From contig JBBRNJ010000004.1 of the NCBI GenBank assembly GCA_038230375.1, positions 128,001 through 192,000 on the forward strand: a stretch of 64,000 nt of DNA, written 5' to 3'. The notes below the pieces were generated by a model that made no database searches, was not told where the DNA came from, and worked only from the letters and a program-made list of their open reading frames with translations. The stretch is from Polyangiales bacterium. Its GTDB lineage: Bacteria; Myxococcota_A; Polyangia; Polyangiales; Polyangiaceae. Below, piece by piece: positions 37,143-47,739 of this stretch (position 1 is its first letter; each line of letters starts with the position of its first letter). Position numbers and translations under genes: made by a program.

Positions 37143-37293
37143 ACTTGGGTCGATGCCCTTCTTCGCGTAGTCGACATCCGTGCAGTTCTTGCACACGTAT
37201 CCGCTCACGACCTGCACGGACGTAGGAACGGCGCCTCGCGGATAGCCTTGAGGGCCGGTGTCATCAACACCGACTTTGACGTACCATCGGTCC

Positions 37294-38832
37294 ATGCGTC
37301 TCCTCGCGCCTTCTCTCCTGGTCTGCCTCGCCGCTGTCGCGTGCTCTTCCAAGTCCGACAGCAAGCCCGCGTTCACGCCGCTCCCACCCGTGACGACCGC
37401 GGACGAGACGGACACTGTGACCCGCGCTGCCGCGCATGCACGACAGGTCTACAAGGCAGGGCCGAATCCATCCAACATCGACGGGCTCGCCACGTACGAG
37501 TCTGGCGGCTTTGGCGACGACGCGGCGGGGCCCGGTCAGAAGTACACGACCGTGGTGTTCGACGGCAGCGCGGCTCCGAAGGCCGGCCCGAACGCGAAGC
37601 GCCTGGTTCGCTTCGTCCACATGCCGGACCTGCAGCTCATGGACGACGAGTCCCCCACGCGGCTTGGCAGCTTCGACGCGGCGGACACCACGTCCTCCGC
37701 GCTGCGCCCGCAGGACGAGTTCGAGTGCCGCATCGTCAACGCCGCTGTGCGCACCGTGAACGCGTTGCATCGGAAGGATCCGATCGCGTTCCTGCTGCTC
37801 GGTGGCGACAACGCCGACAGCGCGCAAGGCAACGAGCACGACTGGGTGCTCGACATCCTGGGCGGCGCGGACAGCGTGAAGTGCGACTCCGGTGACCCCG
37901 ACGATCCCGTGCCGGGACCCGACAACGACGGCAAGGATCCGTTCAAGGCCGAGGGCCTGGCCATACCGTTCAAGTGGGTGACCGGAAATCACGACGTGCT
38001 GGTGCAAGGCAACCTCAAGGTGGAGCCCGCGATCTCCATGAAGGCGCTCGGCACGGTCTCGGGCGGCGGCACCCGCGACTATTCGGCCGGGCAGGACGGC
38101 AATATCAACAAGGGAAACTTCGTGGTGGCCGATCCGAAGCGCGCGCTCCTCTCGCGCGCGGACCTCATGGCCAAGATCGCGGCGCACCAGGACGGACACG
38201 GCGTGGGCCCCGAGCAGACCGCGAGCGGCAAGGCGATCTACACGTTCGACGTGGATGGCACGCAGCTCCGCTTCCTGGTGCTCGACACGGCCGCGGAGAC
38301 CGGCGGGGCCGACGGCATCCTGCACAAGGCAGACGTGGACAAGTACATCGCGCCCAAGCTGGACAAGGCCAAGGCGGACGGCAAGCTCGTCATCCTTGCG
38401 TCGCATCATGCGGTCGACTCGCTCACGATGGACGGCGGCGCATTCGGCAGCGCGCAGCCCGATGCGTTGCTCGCCGCGGACTGGACCAAGATCCTTGCTG
38501 CGTATCCGAACGTGATCTTCAGCATGGTCGGACACACCCACCGGCATCGCATCCAGAAGGTGCAGACCGACGCGACCCACGGCTTCTTCGAGGTGATGAC
38601 CTCGGCGATCGCGGACTACCCGCACGAGTTCCGCGTCGTTTCGATCTTCGACCAGGACAACGGCTATCTCATGCTGCGCGGCACGGTCACCGACTACTCC
38701 GTCGAGAATGATCCCGTCGCCGCCGAGGGTCTGCGCCGCGGCATCATCGACTACACGTCTGGATACGCGCCCGACATCGGCCCCGGCCAGCCTGGCGACC
38801 GCAACGTGGAGCTCTGGGTCAAGAAGCCCTGA
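37294..38832 (+). CDS. Calcineurin-like metallophosphoesterase lipoprotein
   Basis: VACS lipobox; DLQ..D.ESP.R, GGDNAD, GNHD, SHH, GHTH. Confidence 0.88.
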   Translation: MRLLAPSLLVCLAAVACSSKSDSKPAFTPLPPVTTADETDTVTRAAAHARQVYKAGPNPSNIDGLATYESGGFGDDAAGPGQKYTTVVFDGSAAPKAGPNAKRLVRFVHMPDLQLMDDESPTRLGSFDAADTTSSALRPQDEFECRIVNAAVRTVNALHRKDPIAFLLLGGDNADSAQGNEHDWVLDILGGADSVKCDSGDPDDPVPGPDNDGKDPFKAEGLAIPFKWVTGNHDVLVQGNLKVEPAISMKALGTVSGGGTRDYSAGQDGNINKGNFVVADPKRALLSRADLMAKIAAHQDGHGVGPEQTASGKAIYTFDVDGTQLRFLVLDTAAETGGADGILHKADVDKYIAPKLDKAKADGKLVILASHHAVDSLTMDGGAFGSAQPDALLAADWTKILAAYPNVIFSMVGHTHRHRIQKVQTDATHGFFEVMTSAIADYPHEFRVVSIFDQDNGYLMLRGTVTDYSVENDPVAAEGLRRGIIDYTSGYAPDIGPGQPGDRNVELWVKKP

Positions 38833-38838
38833 AGACCA

Positions 38839-39594
38839 TCAGCGGCACGTGTCCGCAGCGGAGGGCTCCGGCAAAGCGGCCTTGCACTTCATCGGATACG
38901 GCGCGTTTTCACCCTCTCCCGTGAGCTCGCACGTCGCGCCCGCGACACACGCGGCGCTGCCAATGAAGGAGCCGCAGTCGGCGCCGATCTGCAACGTCGC
39001 TGGCTGACACGTGCGACCGTCCTCGATGCAGAAGAGACCAGATGCGCACGCGCGATCGTCGCACGTGTCGCCAAGCCTCGCGTCGCCGGGGGCAACGCAG
39101 ATGCCGCGCTCGCAGGGCGCACCTCCAGCGCAACCGCCGGGGTACGTGTCACACGCGCCGCCAGACCGTCCACGCGGGACACAGACACCGACGCTCGGAT
39201 CGTTGGCGCGGTGGTCGAGCGCACAATAGAGCTCGTCGTCGCAGTCGAATGATCCGCCCTTTGGCTCGAGCGTGCAGCGACCACCGCTGACCTTCTTGGT
39301 CGTCTTGCACACGCCGCTCTCGCAGGTCGCGGACCGACTGCACGCAGTGAGCGGCTCATCGCATCGCTCGCCAAGGAGCCGCAGCTCGAGGCACACGCCG
39401 CATGTGCCCCACTGATCAGAGCTGCATCGACCGCCGCACTGCCGATCGTAAGTGCAGGCGCCGCCCCTGCTGCGGATGCCGAGCGCGGTAACGTCGCCTG
39501 GCGCATCGGCGCTTGGTCGGATCTCGCCGCACGCGGACAGGATGGAGATCGAAGCGAGGAGCAGGGAGAACAACGAGGGGCAGAGGATGCGCAT
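38839..39594 (-). CDS. Cys-rich repeat lipoprotein
   Basis: LSACG lipobox; repeated G..C....C...L.C units. Confidence 0.8.
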   Translation of the reverse strand: MRILCPSLFSLLLASISILSACGEIRPSADAPGDVTALGIRSRGGACTYDRQCGGRCSSDQWGTCGVCLELRLLGERCDEPLTACSRSATCESGVCKTTKKVSGGRCTLEPKGGSFDCDDELYCALDHRANDPSVGVCVPRGRSGGACDTYPGGCAGGAPCERGICVAPGDARLGDTCDDRACASGLFCIEDGRTCQPATLQIGADCGSFIGSAACVAGATCELTGEGENAPYPMKCKAALPEPSAADTCR

Positions 39595-39606
39595 GCCCAA
39601 CGCGCG

Positions 39607-39622
39607 TGCAGCCCTCGCGCCA
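39607..39622 (-). promoter_or_regulatory. Sigma54 promoter
   Basis: Minus strand TGGCGCGAGGGCTGCA, 12 nt before ATG 39594. Confidence 0.65.
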
Positions 39623-39661
39623 TGCACGGATTTGACCGGATTCCTCTTTCCAGGGCCGTCG

Positions 39662-39834
39662 AGTTACCACCGCCGGGCGCTGCAGTTACCACCGTCTGAA
39701 CACGCCTCCGGTGGTTACCCGTGAAATGGTAACTATAGGGACCTGCCGTCATCTAACATAACGTAATTGTGGGTATGACGGCGGTGGCCCGGTTGTCGCT
39801 TGATTGACCCTGAGGTGAATGGGAAATGGTAACT
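39662..39834. promoter_or_regulatory. Array of AGTTACC/GGTAACT motifs, candidate enhancer sites
   Basis: AGTTACCACCG at 39662 and 39684; GGTTACC-N8-GGTAACT at 39713-39734; GAAATGGTAACT at 39723 and 39823. Confidence 0.6.
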
Positions 39835-39887
39835 CTTGGTGCGACGGGGGCGATCGAGCCCTCCCAAACAGGAGGCGCGCCGGGCGC

Positions 39888-42800
39888 ATGATCGAGCACC
39901 CTCGCTACGAGCCGTTCGAGGTCCTCGGAGAGGGCGCGCAGGGGCTCGTCGTCCGCGTGATGGATCGCGAGGCCCCGAACCGCGCGCTCGTCGCGAAGGT
40001 GTGGAAACCCGGGTCGTTCGAGCCGGGCCTCCTGGAGGCGGAGTTCGCGCTCCTTGCGCGGCGTCGCGTGAGCGGCCTTGTCCGCGCGCACGATCTCGGG
40101 CGCGACACGAAGACCGGAGCGCCGTTCCTGGTGGAGGATTTCGTTGCGGGAGAGGACTTCGCGGAGCACCTCGCGGGTGCGTCGCGTTCTCCGGAGGTCG
40201 GCACGCGAAGACTGGCCTCGGTGCTTCGCGACACCGCGTGCACCCTGGCGTCGCTGCACGCTGCGGGGTTCGTTCATGGCGACATCAAGCCGGCGCACGT
40301 GCGCATGAGAACCGGCCCGGATGGCCAGCCCGCGGGCGCGGTGCTGCTCGACCTGGGAGCGGCGCTCCAGACGCGCGACCCGAAGGCAAGCGCCGTGGCA
40401 CTCACGCGCGCATACGCCGCACCGGAGGTGATCGCGGGAAGCACCCCCAGCGTCGCGAGCGATCTGTACTCACTCGGCGCATCGGCGTGGTCGGCAGCCA
40501 CTGGCGCGCCGCCAGGGGCGATGGGCCCGGAGCGCGGCGGCCTGCGTGATCGAGCGCCATGGGTCCCGCCAAGTCTCGCTGCGATCATCGAGAGGCTCGT
40601 CGCGCTCCATCCATCGGACAGGTTTGGCACTGCCGAAGAGCTGCTCTCCGCGCTGTCCACGCTGAGCGCGTTTCTCGTTCACCGCGCACCGGGAGACATG
40701 GCGTACGCCACGCTCTTCGGACGCGAAGACCAGCTCGCGGAGCTGTTGCGAACGGACGGCGTGCCCAGCGTTCGCTGGGTCACCGGCCCCGCTGGGTCCG
40801 GCAAGAGCCACCTCCTTCGCGAGGCGATGACGCGTGCGTTGCTCTCGGGACGCGCCGCACGCCTGATGGAGCTGCCCACACACGATCCGAGCACCGTGCT
40901 GCGCCTGGTGCGCTTTCTGCGCGGCGAAGAAGCTGCGTGGCCGTTCGCATCTACGCCCATGCTCCTCCTCGTGGACGGCATCGAGGACGCGCCAAGAGAT
41001 CTTGCGTCCGCGCTGGACGCCTACGCATGCCGCGTGGAGCGCGCACGCGACGTTGCGATCGTCGTATCCGCGCGCCACGAGCGCGACGGTGCGATCTCTC
41101 TTGGGCCGCTGGCGACCGACGCGTTCCACGCCCTCGCTGGCTCGCTTGGCGTGTCATCGCCAACCGGCCTCGCGGACCTTGCGCGCGCGTCCGAGCGCTG
41201 GCCGGGGTGGGCCGTGGCTGCGCGCGCAGGCATGCCCATCCAGCGGGACGCTGTCCTTGCACGCGCGCGCAGCCTGTCTTCCGCGGCCCGGGAGCTGCTC
41301 TGCCTGGTGTCATTCTGGGGCGGCGCCACGCCGCGCGCAGTGTGCGTAGCTTCCTCCAGTGATGCACCGAGCGCCCTCGGCGAGCTCATCGCGGCGAGCC
41401 TTCTCTGCCGCAGGGGGGAGTCCGACGTGGCGCTCACGTCACCAGCGCTCGCGGACGCGCTCGCTGCAGCGCTCGCCACGCAGGAGCTATGCGATCACGC
41501 CGCGGAGCTGCTGCTCTCGCGACCCGAGCAGGAAGTGATTCCGATGCTTCGCGTCGCCACCGCGATGCCACCGCCACGAAGGCATGCAGAGCTGCTGTCT
41601 GCCGCAGCGGTCCTGGCACGCGAACAAGGGCTGGCCGCGGAAGAGACGGACGCGCACCTGGCGCTGCTGGACGCGTCGGAGCACCGCACGGCCGCACGCC
41701 TCACCCGCGCCGAACGACTCACCCGCGACGCGGGGCGCAAGGCGGCGCACCAGCGCGTCAGCGAGTGGCTGTGGGATCTCGCGCGGACCGACGCGAGCGT
41801 GCTGTCGCTCGCGCTGCGACGCAAGGCAGAGAAGCTGGGCCGGGAGGGCGACTACGCCAGCGCGCTCCGCGATGTCGAAGAGGCGAGGGCGCGCGCCGAT
41901 GACCGGTCCGACGCCGCATCCACCGGCTATGCGCTGGCCACGCGCGGCGCGATTCACCTCTACGCGGGCAACGGCGCCCTTGCCGAGGAGGCGCTGGAGC
42001 AGGCGCGCGCCACCCTCACTCTTGTCGCGGACCCCGACGCCGAGGAGATGGCGCGGCTCGACCACAATCTTGGCGCGGCGCTCCTGTACAGGAACGAGCC
42101 CGCGAAGGCCGCGGAGGCTCTCACGCGCTCGCTTGCAGCAAAACGAAGCCTCTCGGACCTCGCGGGCGTGCGCTCGTGCCTCATGAACCTGGGCATTGCG
42201 CGTAGCAAGGCAAGGGCATGGGATGCGGCCGAAGAGGCGCTTGTCGAGGCGACGCAGCTCGCGGCGGTGCTCGGGCAGGCCGGCGGGCTCGCGTGGTGCT
42301 GGGTCGAGCGCGCGGAGCTGTCGCTTCGTCGCGGTCGCACGGCAGAGGCGGCGCGCTTCGCGGCGGAGGCGCTCGCGCGGAAGAGCGCGCTGCCAGGCGG
42401 CGTGATCGCGGACCTGTCGCTCCTGCGGGCCGAGATCGCGCTCGCGCAGGGGCGCGGGGACCTTGCAAACCTGGTACTTGCAGAGCTGTCACCCGACACG
42501 CGCGCGGAGGACGCGGGCGTCGATGCACGCGCGTGGCTCTGCGAGAGTCGCATTGGCCTTGGGTCGTTGCCCGTTCGCAGACGATCAGCCTCGCGCTCCG
42601 CTGCTCGCGCTATGCGCCGCGCTCGAGAGGCCAACGACGACGAGCTCTTCGAAAGAGCACGCGACGTTCTCCTCGGCATCCGCGGCACTGCAACGAAGCC
42701 CACGACAGCTTCAGCGACCATCACCACAAACACCACGAGAGCCGCGCCCATGGATGACACACTCTGGGATCTACTTGCCCGCCTCACCGCCGCAGACTCC

Positions 42801-44270
42801 GCGGACGCCGCGGCGCACGTCTTTCTCGCAGCGCTCGCCCGCGAATCGAAGGCCGAGCGCACGTTCCTGATCGTGCGCGGCCCGCGCGACGCACGCGATC
42901 AGATCGGCACGGTATGGGGCATGGACGCGGATGGCCTGCCTCTCGATCAGCCAGAGCAGAGATTGCCCATGGGCATCGTGCTCGCCGCGCAAGACAGCGA
43001 GGGTCCGATCTATGAGCGTGATGTCGACAATGGCGTCGGGCGCGGAGCACGTCTGGCGTTTGCGCGCAGACACGCGGAGATCGTCATGGAGCATCGGTTC
43101 GTGCCCGGTCGCTTCGACGCCACGGAGCCCACGGATCTGTCGCGCTGGCTGGCGCTCGCTGGCGTGGTCGTTCTCATGGCCTCGCGACCCTCGGCCCACG
43201 CCGTTGTTCCCTCCACCGCGACCGGCGCCGTGTCAGACGCGCGAAGCATGGCCCAGTCACGGCCATGGAGCGAGCCCGCGTTCGACGACAGCACCGTGAA
43301 CCCGAAGCGCGCGGTGCGGCGGGAATTTCGCGAGATCCGTGGACAGAGCGCCGTGCTGGAGCGCGCGCTCGCACGGCTGGACACGGCGATCGACAGCGAG
43401 CTCCCCGCGCTGGTCACGGGGGAGACGGGCGTGGGCAAGGAGCTCTTCTCGCGCGCCATCCACGAGCTGGGGCCACGCGCGCGCGGGCCATTCGTACCCG
43501 TGAACTGCGCCGCGATCCCCGACAACCTGTTCGAGGCAGAGCTCTTTGGTCACGCGCGCGGCGCGTTCACGGGCGCCGATCGCGCGCGCGCCGGTCTCCT
43601 TGCGAAGGCGGAGGGCGGCACGTTGCTCCTGGACGAGGTGGGCGAGCTCGCTCCCGCACGCCAGGCCTCGCTGCTCCGCGTGCTGGAGAGCCGCCGCTAC
43701 CGCCCCGTGGGCAGCGACGAGGAGCGCGCGTTCGACGTTCGCATCGTGGCCGCCACCAACCGTGATCTCGCCGAGGCTGTGGAGCACGGCACGTTCCGCA
43801 GCGACCTCTTGTACCGCCTACGCGTGCTCGACATCCGCGTGCCGCCACTGCGTGAGCGCGAAGGCGACGTGCCGCTCCTGGCGCGACACTTCCTCTCCGT
43901 CGCGAAGAGCCAGACGGAGCTCACGCCGCGCGCGCTAGCTGCGCTGTCCGCGTATGCATGGCCCGGCAACGTGCGCGAGCTGTCGCACCAGATGCAGCGC
44001 ATCGCGGCGCTGGGGGTCCCGCTCTGCGACGTGATGCATCTGTCGCGCGAGATCCGCGCTGCGATCCCCGCGGGCGCGAAGGCGACGCAGGGCAAGCGCG
44101 TTGAGCATGAGGCGCAGGGCGAGCAAGCGGAGGTCCTTCGCGCGATGGAGCTCGAGGGCGGCAACATCACGCGCGCGGCCGCGCGTCTGGGGCTCACGCG
44201 ACACGGCCTGAAGAAGAAAATGCTGCGATTGGGGTTGCGCGCCAAGCTCGGCGTGCAAGGTTCAGGGTGA
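39888..44270 (+). CDS. Ser/Thr kinase-ATPase-TPR-sigma54 activator (Fis-type HTH) fusion
   Basis: [32 protein letters not shown] helices (HNLG/MNLG); [39 protein letters not shown]. Confidence 0.93.
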   Translation: MIEHPRYEPFEVLGEGAQGLVVRVMDREAPNRALVAKVWKPGSFEPGLLEAEFALLARRRVSGLVRAHDLGRDTKTGAPFLVEDFVAGEDFAEHLAGASRSPEVGTRRLASVLRDTACTLASLHAAGFVHGDIKPAHVRMRTGPDGQPAGAVLLDLGAALQTRDPKASAVALTRAYAAPEVIAGSTPSVASDLYSLGASAWSAATGAPPGAMGPERGGLRDRAPWVPPSLAAIIERLVALHPSDRFGTAEELLSALSTLSAFLVHRAPGDMAYATLFGREDQLAELLRTDGVPSVRWVTGPAGSGKSHLLREAMTRALLSGRAARLMELPTHDPSTVLRLVRFLRGEEAAWPFASTPMLLLVDGIEDAPRDLASALDAYACRVERARDVAIVVSARHERDGAISLGPLATDAFHALAGSLGVSSPTGLADLARASERWPGWAVAARAGMPIQRDAVLARARSLSSAARELLCLVSFWGGATPRAVCVASSSDAPSALGELIAASLLCRRGESDVALTSPALADALAAALATQELCDHAAELLLSRPEQEVIPMLRVATAMPPPRRHAELLSAAAVLAREQGLAAEETDAHLALLDASEHRTAARLTRAERLTRDAGRKAAHQRVSEWLWDLARTDASVLSLALRRKAEKLGREGDYASALRDVEEARARADDRSDAASTGYALATRGAIHLYAGNGALAEEALEQARATLTLVADPDAEEMARLDHNLGAALLYRNEPAKAAEALTRSLAAKRSLSDLAGVRSCLMNLGIARSKARAWDAAEEALVEATQLAAVLGQAGGLAWCWVERAELSLRRGRTAEAARFAAEALARKSALPGGVIADLSLLRAEIALAQGRGDLANLVLAELSPDTRAEDAGVDARAWLCESRIGLGSLPVRRRSASRSAARAMRRAREANDDELFERARDVLLGIRGTATKPTTASATITTNTTRAAPMDDTLWDLLARLTAADSADAAAHVFLAALARESKAERTFLIVRGPRDARDQIGTVWGMDADGLPLDQPEQRLPMGIVLAAQDSEGPIYERDVDNGVGRGARLAFARRHAEIVMEHRFVPGRFDATEPTDLSRWLALAGVVVLMASRPSAHAVVPSTATGAVSDARSMAQSRPWSEPAFDDSTVNPKRAVRREFREIRGQSAVLERALARLDTAIDSELPALVTGETGVGKELFSRAIHELGPRARGPFVPVNCAAIPDNLFEAELFGHARGAFTGADRARAGLLAKAEGGTLLLDEVGELAPARQASLLRVLESRRYRPVGSDEERAFDVRIVAATNRDLAEAVEHGTFRSDLLYRLRVLDIRVPPLREREGDVPLLARHFLSVAKSQTELTPRALAALSAYAWPGNVRELSHQMQRIAALGVPLCDVMHLSREIRAAIPAGAKATQGKRVEHEAQGEQAEVLRAMELEGGNITRAAARLGLTRHGLKKKMLRLGLRAKLGVQGSG

Positions 44271-45445
44271 GCTTCATGCGTCTTTCATCCACCATCTTCC
44301 CTGCCCTGCTTTTCCTGGCAGGCGCGCCGCTCGCCTGCGGCGGACACACTAGCAACGGCGACGGTAGTGGAACGGGCGACGCAGGTGCGAGCGGTGACGG
44401 CGCGGCAGGGCCTGGCGCATTCGTGTCGACGAACCCCGGTCCCGAGCCGTCGTGCCTGACCATCGGCGCGCCCGCCAACGTCTCGCAGGACGATCTCTAC
44501 GGATATCCGCCCTACGCCGCGTACGGGTGCAGACTCGTCTACGTCCGTGCAGACACGGGCGCGCTGGTCCTCCGAGACCTGGCGACCGGCGTCGAGAAGG
44601 AGATCGCCCCGTCATCAGAGCACCCGGAGCGGCCCACCGTCTCCGCCGACGTCGTCGCATGGCAAGGGAACGGCGCGTCCGGCTCTCCCGAGGTACATGT
44701 ACTCTACAACGACAAGACCGTGGCGTTGTCCTCCGCGTTCGGCACCACGAAAGGCCACGCGTTCGATCACGCAGGCGAGCCGCGCACGGCCAACGGGGTC
44801 GTCGTGTTCACGGCCTGGACCGCCGTGGCAGACACCAGCGACACCGACGTGCTCCTCTACCGCGCCGCCGACGACGCGCTCGTGGTGGTCGCAGGCGGCC
44901 CCGCTCAGCAGCGGTTCGCGGACGTGAGCGAAGGGAAGATCGCCGTCACCGACTTCATCGAAGATCCCGACGGCACCTTCAACGAGAACGACGCGGACCT
45001 GGCCGACATCGGCATCCTCGATCGCGCGAGCGGCATCTACGCGCTGCGAAAGAGCCCCGGAAAGGACGCCTTCCCCGTGCTTGTCTCGGACGACGCGCTC
45101 GGCTTCTTGCACTGGGGCGATCACCGACCCGAGCCCAAGTTCCAGGCGTTCGCAGTGATGGGCGCGGCGCTCGCGCTCCCGCCATCGTCGGACAAGCTCC
45201 TGTCCGACGTCTCGACAAACATCTTCATCCGGCCGAGCGGCCGCTATGGAGAGCTGTTCTGGGTCACGCAGAGCATGACCGACGGCACGTACGCCCTGAA
45301 CCATTCGAAGACCGACGGCTCGCAGGCGCCAGCGGCGGTCTCGAACCTCGGTGGTGCGCTCGGCGCGCCGGCATCTGCGAAGGCATTCACGCTGGTCGCC
45401 GTTCAGACCGGAACTTTGCAGTCGCTGCATGCAGTTCCTCGATGA
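44267..45445 (+). CDS. Lipoprotein, beta-propeller-like, translationally coupled to the activator
   Basis: LACGG lipobox; GTGA overlap with the upstream stop. Confidence 0.75.
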   Translation: MSFMRLSSTIFPALLFLAGAPLACGGHTSNGDGSGTGDAGASGDGAAGPGAFVSTNPGPEPSCLTIGAPANVSQDDLYGYPPYAAYGCRLVYVRADTGALVLRDLATGVEKEIAPSSEHPERPTVSADVVAWQGNGASGSPEVHVLYNDKTVALSSAFGTTKGHAFDHAGEPRTANGVVVFTAWTAVADTSDTDVLLYRAADDALVVVAGGPAQQRFADVSEGKIAVTDFIEDPDGTFNENDADLADIGILDRASGIYALRKSPGKDAFPVLVSDDALGFLHWGDHRPEPKFQAFAVMGAALALPPSSDKLLSDVSTNIFIRPSGRYGELFWVTQSMTDGTYALNHSKTDGSQAPAAVSNLGGALGAPASAKAFTLVAVQTGTLQSLHAVPR

Positions 45446-45509
45446 GCACGCGCGAAAGGGGCGGGGTCGCCTTTGACATGACCACCGCGCATGCTACGAG
45501 CGAGTACCG

Positions 45510-45605
45510 ATGATGATCGCCTCTGTTGCCGCTGCCACTTTCGCCATGGTCGATCCCCGCGAGGGTGTGCCCTGGCTGAGCGTGCTCTGGCCGTTGAACC
45601 CGTGA
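45510..45605 (+). CDS. Possible 31-aa leader peptide
   Basis: MMIASVAAATFAMVDPREGVPWLSVLWPLNP*, just after TTGACA-N16-TACGAG (45473-45500). Confidence 0.3.
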   Translation: MMIASVAAATFAMVDPREGVPWLSVLWPLNP

Positions 45606-45631
45606 TCGCGGAGCCGTCGGAGCGGTAGGGC

Positions 45632-46828
45632 ATGGCCGGCTTCGCCAAGGATCGCCTGGCGAGGATGCACGACGTCCTCGCAGGCTACGTGGAGCGCAAG
45701 GAGATGCCAGGCCTGGTTGCGCTCGTCGCGAGCCAAGGCGAAGAGCGTCTCGAGGCGATCGGCAAGATCTCGCACGACAGCAACACCAGCATGAGCGAGC
45801 GGACCATCTTCCGCATCGCGTCCATGACGAAGCCAATCGCCGCCGTGGCCGCGATGATCCTGGTGGAGGAGTGCAAGCTTCGCCTGGACGACGCGGTGGA
45901 CCACCTCCTCCCCGAGCTCGCTGACCGGCGCGTGCTCACGCGGCTGGATGCGGAGCTCACGGACACGGTGCCCGCGAAGCGCGCGATCACGCTGCGCGAT
46001 CTCCTCACGTTCACCATGGGCCTGGGCCACGTGATGTTGCCGCCTGGCTCGGTGCCCATCCAGGCGAAGCTCGCGAACCCACGCATGTTCCAGGGCCCGC
46101 CGCGTCCCAGCGAGATCGCTGCACCGGACGAGTGGATTCGCCTCCTGGGCGAGCTCCCGCTCATTCATCAGCCCGGCGAAAACTGGATGTATCATACAAG
46201 CGCCGACGTGCTCACGGTGCTGATCGCGCGCGCGTCCGGAAAACCGTTCGACGTGTTCGTGCGCGAGCGCATCACCGACCCGCTGGGAATGAAGGACACC
46301 GCCTTCTTCGTGCCTGCGCCAAAGGTGGACCGCTTCGCGACCAGCTACAGGCCCGCGCCGGACGGCGGGCTCATCGTCTTCGATCCCGCGCAGGACGGAG
46401 CCTGGAGCGCGCCTCCCGCGTTCGCGTCCGCAGGCGCCGGGCTCGTCTCCACGGCGATCGACCTGCATGCGTTCTCCACCATGATGCTGCGTGGTGGCTC
46501 GTACGGCAGCGCGCGGATCCTGTCGCGCGCGTCGATAGCGACCATGACGCGCGATCAGCTCTCGCACGCGCAGAAGGCTGGCAGCGGCCTGTATCCAGGG
46601 TTCTTCGATGGGCAAGGCTGGGGCTTTGGTATGTCCGTGGTGACTGCGCGCCGCGACATCGGGCGCACCGTGGGGACGTTTGGCTGGGACGGTGGGCTCG
46701 GCACATCCTGGTCGATGGACCCGACGGAGGAGATGATCACACTGCTCCTCACGCAGCGCGGCTGGACCTCACCTGTGCCGCCGAGCGTCACGCAGGACTT
46801 CCGGACGCTGGCGTACGCCGCGCTCTAG
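45632..46828 (+). CDS. Serine hydrolase, beta-lactamase class C/esterase family
   Basis: FRIASMTK (SxxK), QPGENWMY, PLGMKDT, FGWDGGLGT. Confidence 0.92.
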   Translation: MAGFAKDRLARMHDVLAGYVERKEMPGLVALVASQGEERLEAIGKISHDSNTSMSERTIFRIASMTKPIAAVAAMILVEECKLRLDDAVDHLLPELADRRVLTRLDAELTDTVPAKRAITLRDLLTFTMGLGHVMLPPGSVPIQAKLANPRMFQGPPRPSEIAAPDEWIRLLGELPLIHQPGENWMYHTSADVLTVLIARASGKPFDVFVRERITDPLGMKDTAFFVPAPKVDRFATSYRPAPDGGLIVFDPAQDGAWSAPPAFASAGAGLVSTAIDLHAFSTMMLRGGSYGSARILSRASIATMTRDQLSHAQKAGSGLYPGFFDGQGWGFGMSVVTARRDIGRTVGTFGWDGGLGTSWSMDPTEEMITLLLTQRGWTSPVPPSVTQDFRTLAYAAL

Positions 46829-46945
46829 TTCGCTAGCTGCACGTCGCCGCCGACTGCCGCTCCGGCTCAGCGCCATTCCTGCGTTATGCGGAGGCGCTCC
46901 GGCCAGCACCCGCACGAAAGGCCTGCTTTCGCGGATCCACCGATG

Positions 46946-46961
46946 CGGCACCACTCATGCA
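46946..46961 (+). promoter_or_regulatory. Sigma54 promoter
   Basis: CGGCACCACTCATGCA; GGAGG RBS then ATG 46986. Confidence 0.6.
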
Positions 46962-46985
46962 CAACGGAGAAGCGGAGGTCGCAAC

Positions 46986-47240
46986 ATGCGGTTCTCGTTT
47001 CATCTGGCCGCGGCCCTGTCCCTGTTCGGCGTCGCCTGCGGCAATACGTATCATCCCGAATATCATCCAGAGACGTCGGTGCAGTACACGACGTCGAACG
47101 CCAACCCGGTGCACGTGCAGACGGGCCAGGCGCAGCCGGTCTACGTGATGCAGCAGCCCACGCAAGGGCAGCCGCAGCAGCCGATGGTGCTGCCCGCAGC
47201 TCCTCCTCCCCCGACGCCACCAGAGGGATTCCCGTGGTGA
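46986..47240 (+). CDS. Small lipoprotein with YHPEYHP motif and Gln/Pro-rich tail
   Basis: VACG lipobox, GGAGG RBS. Confidence 0.7.
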   Translation: MRFSFHLAAALSLFGVACGNTYHPEYHPETSVQYTTSNANPVHVQTGQAQPVYVMQQPTQGQPQQPMVLPAAPPPPTPPEGFPW

Positions 47241-47710
47241 GGAGGGCCGACGTCGCAGCGCTGTTCGTCACCGGCGCTGTTGCGCTCGGATGTGCGGGCT
47301 GCGCCAACGAGTACCATCCCGACTATCACCCCCAGAGCAGTTACGCGTACTCGTCGTCGGTGTCGTCGCCGGTGACGGTCTTCAACTCGGGGAATCAATC
47401 GACGCCGTCGACCGTGTTCGGAACACCGAGCGTCAATCACAACGGCACGCGCGTGGACCCGGCGCGCGTGATGGTCCTGCAGGGCAAGCACCTCGATCGA
47501 CCTGCCGAGGTGGTGGGCGTGGTCGACGCGCACGAGGAGATGGGCAAGCACGAAGCGGCGCTGTGGACGCTGAAGACGAAGGCCGCCGCGATGGGCGCGG
47601 ATGCTGTCGTGGGCGTGGAGTTCAATCACGGAGAAGGCTCGGGTGAGCCGACACATCTGTCGGGCCTGGCCGTGCGCTTTCTGCCGAGCGTCCCCTACCC
47701 GGTGGACTGA
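47237..47710 (+). CDS. Lipoprotein with YHPDYHP motif plus one YbjQ/heavy-metal-binding-like domain
   Basis: AGC lipobox; LKTKAAAMGADAVVGVEF.HGEG...HLSGLAVR; GTGA overlap. Confidence 0.72.
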   Translation: MRRADVAALFVTGAVALGCAGCANEYHPDYHPQSSYAYSSSVSSPVTVFNSGNQSTPSTVFGTPSVNHNGTRVDPARVMVLQGKHLDRPAEVVGVVDAHEEMGKHEAALWTLKTKAAAMGADAVVGVEFNHGEGSGEPTHLSGLAVRFLPSVPYPVD

Positions 47711-47739
47711 GACGAAAACCATTGGAGGAGTGAGATCAC

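Noticed and set aside
39662..39834. Short repeats considered as a mini-CRISPR
   Set aside because: Units are only 7-12 bp, irregularly spaced and in both orientations; no cas genes
45632..46828. Calling this an antibiotic-resistance beta-lactamase
   Set aside because: SxxK family membership only; no signal peptide, and most such proteins are esterases
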